Source of the DNA: an uncultured Nitrososphaerota archaeon
GTDB taxonomy: Archaea; Thermoproteota; Nitrososphaeria; Nitrososphaerales; Nitrosopumilaceae
DNA length: 64,000 bases
Reading direction: 5' to 3'
NCBI GenBank assembly: GCA_963701075.1
Contig: OY969559.1
Span: 480,001 to 544,000 of the forward strand
Both the position numbers and the translations under genes were made by a program. The notes below the pieces were generated by a model. The model made no database searches. It saw only the letters and a list, made by a program, of their open reading frames with translations, and was not told the DNA's origin. Below are positions 62,653 through 64,000 of this stretch, piece after piece; within the stretch, counting starts at the first letter, position 1, and every line of letters starts with the position of its first letter.

Positions 62653-62687
62653 GATTGTATTTTAAGGGTAGGCATTATTTAATCAAC

Positions 62688-63008
62688 ATGAAGGATAGAT
62701 TGCGGGATCTCATCATAGAGAGAATGCAAATCTTGATTCAAAATGCAATATCAAACGCAAGGCGCGATCCAGAGATATCTCAAAGACAAGCAAGTCTGGC
62801 AAAGAGGCTTAGCACAAAATATCGTGTTAGAATGCCTTATGAGATGAGAATGAACTTTTGCAAAAAATGCAAAAAATTTATCGTTCCGGGGCTCACAGCA
62901 AGAATTCGACTGGGAAGATCCGACGTGAAATCAATACGCATAACCTGCAAATTTTGTAATCACACGTACAGAAAAATAATAAAAAAACAAGCTGCCAAAG
63001 GTCAATGA
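62688..63008 (+). CDS. rnp4: RNase P protein component 4 (Rpp21)
   Basis: ERMQIL, FCKKC...PG...RIR...TCKFC. Confidence 0.9.
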   Translation: MKDRLRDLIIERMQILIQNAISNARRDPEISQRQASLAKRLSTKYRVRMPYEMRMNFCKKCKKFIVPGLTARIRLGRSDVKSIRITCKFCNHTYRKIIKKQAAKGQ

Positions 63009-63039
63009 TTTATAAGACGAACTTTGAATTTTGGATTTT

Positions 63040-63492
63040 ATGGCAAAGGCATATGACGTACCGGCTGATTTACTGATTACTAGGTTATCGGAGATTCTAA
63101 AGACTGAAGACATAACTACACCTAGCTGGATTCCATTTGTCAAGACAGGTGCACACGCAGTTAAACCTCCTCAACAAAATGACTGGTATTATACAAGATG
63201 CGCTTCACTTTTGAGAAAGATTTACTTGCACGGCCCAATTGGCGTACAAGATCTAAGAACAATGTATGGTGGAACAAAACCAGTTGGATATGGTGGAGCA
63301 CATCACAGAGATGCTGGCGGTGCAATAATTAGAACTGCCATACATAACTTGGAAAAGCTAGGTTATCTTGATAAGGTTGAAGGAAAAGGAAGAACAATAT
63401 CTCACGAGGGAATGAAAAAAGTTGATCGAGTTTCAACTGAGTTACTAAATGAACTGATTGTAAAAAATCCAAATCTAAAAAAGTATTCCTAG
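63040..63492 (+). CDS. rps19e: 30S ribosomal protein S19e
   Basis: FVKTG, WYYTRCASLLRKIY, GAIIR. Confidence 0.96.
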   Translation: MAKAYDVPADLLITRLSEILKTEDITTPSWIPFVKTGAHAVKPPQQNDWYYTRCASLLRKIYLHGPIGVQDLRTMYGGTKPVGYGGAHHRDAGGAIIRTAIHNLEKLGYLDKVEGKGRTISHEGMKKVDRVSTELLNELIVKNPNLKKYS

Positions 63493-63499
63493 TGATCTT

Positions 63500-63778
63500 A
63501 TGAGTAACCAAGATCCAAATGATGAGAAAAATCCTACTGACGCAGAAGTTACAGCAATGAAAGAGCAAGCCATGAGAACTCTCCTTGCGCCAGAAGCAAG
63601 ATTGAGATTGAATAATGTACGGCTGGTTAAACCCGATCTTGCAGCTATGGTAGAGAACTATCTTCTAGGTATGGCATCTCAGGGAAAACTGCATAACCAG
63701 ATATCTGATGATCAACTAAAGCAGATCCTGCTTTCTATCCAGCAACCAAAGCGTGATTTTAAGATAAACAGAAGATAA
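63500..63778 (+). CDS. PDCD5-like DNA-binding protein
   Basis: LLAPEARLRLNNVRLVKP...ISDDQLKQIL. Confidence 0.92.
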   Translation: MSNQDPNDEKNPTDAEVTAMKEQAMRTLLAPEARLRLNNVRLVKPDLAAMVENYLLGMASQGKLHNQISDDQLKQILLSIQQPKRDFKINRR

Positions 63779-63822
63779 ACCTTAGCGAAAATATATTAGG
63801 GGTAAATTAGTCGAAACCATCT

Positions 63823-64000
63823 ATGAAAGCAGTTGTTTATGAAAAATATGCTCCAAACGATGATTACAAATCAATTTTGCAAGTAAAAGAAGTTCCAGAT
63901 CCAAAACCAAAACCAAATGAAGTTGTCTTTAGCGTAAAGGCCGCCGCATTAAATTATAATGATATTTGGGGAATGAGGGGCCAGCCAGTTCCCGTTCCAT
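63823..64000 (+). CDS. MDR-family zinc-binding dehydrogenase/quinone reductase, N-terminal fragment
   Basis: MKAVVY...PDPKPKPNEV...VKAAALNYND. Confidence 0.85.
   Translation, partial: MKAVVYEKYAPNDDYKSILQVKEVPDPKPKPNEVVFSVKAAALNYNDIWGMRGQPVPVP

Noticed and set aside
1212-63568. Numerous short antisense or overlapping ORFs in the track
   Set aside because: They lie opposite or inside well-supported genes and show no motifs

Overview
Chromosomal segment of an ammonia-oxidising archaeon (Nitrososphaerota), most likely an acidophilic Nitrosotalea-like lineage. This is inferred from the Thermoplasmatales-order V-type ATPase operon (K-E-C-F-A-B-D-H-I), a P-type H+-ATPase fragment and many proteins carrying the thaumarchaeal IPxW-WW domain. 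The first 12.3 kb is an accessory/stress region: two USPs, a non-canonical aeRF1 paralog, a degenerate mini-S53 protease, two RelE-type TA pairs, DUF929/VKOR and a complete IS5. The core region holds CoA biosynthesis genes (coaBC, panB, pps, pok), an ABC exporter, tmk, pyrH, pyrI/pyrB, thiolase/DUF35, class II RNR, tRNA-Gly, nep1, rnp4 and rps19e. A second accessory block (42-48 kb) holds a ClpP-like gene, a hidden CC1-like chromatin protein, a NikR-regulated metal ABC importer and a duplicated nikR promoter driving a pentapeptide-repeat gene. Top findings: (1) an apparently dead class III RNR fused to a winged-helix domain and ATP cone just upstream of nrdJ, a candidate dNTP-sensing regulator; (2) nine frameshifts that all read AGCTA>AGCTGA, probably base-calling errors at a methylated AGCT motif; (3) a C2H2 zinc finger on the metal ABC permease. 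All calls come from motif recognition by eye; no searches were run.
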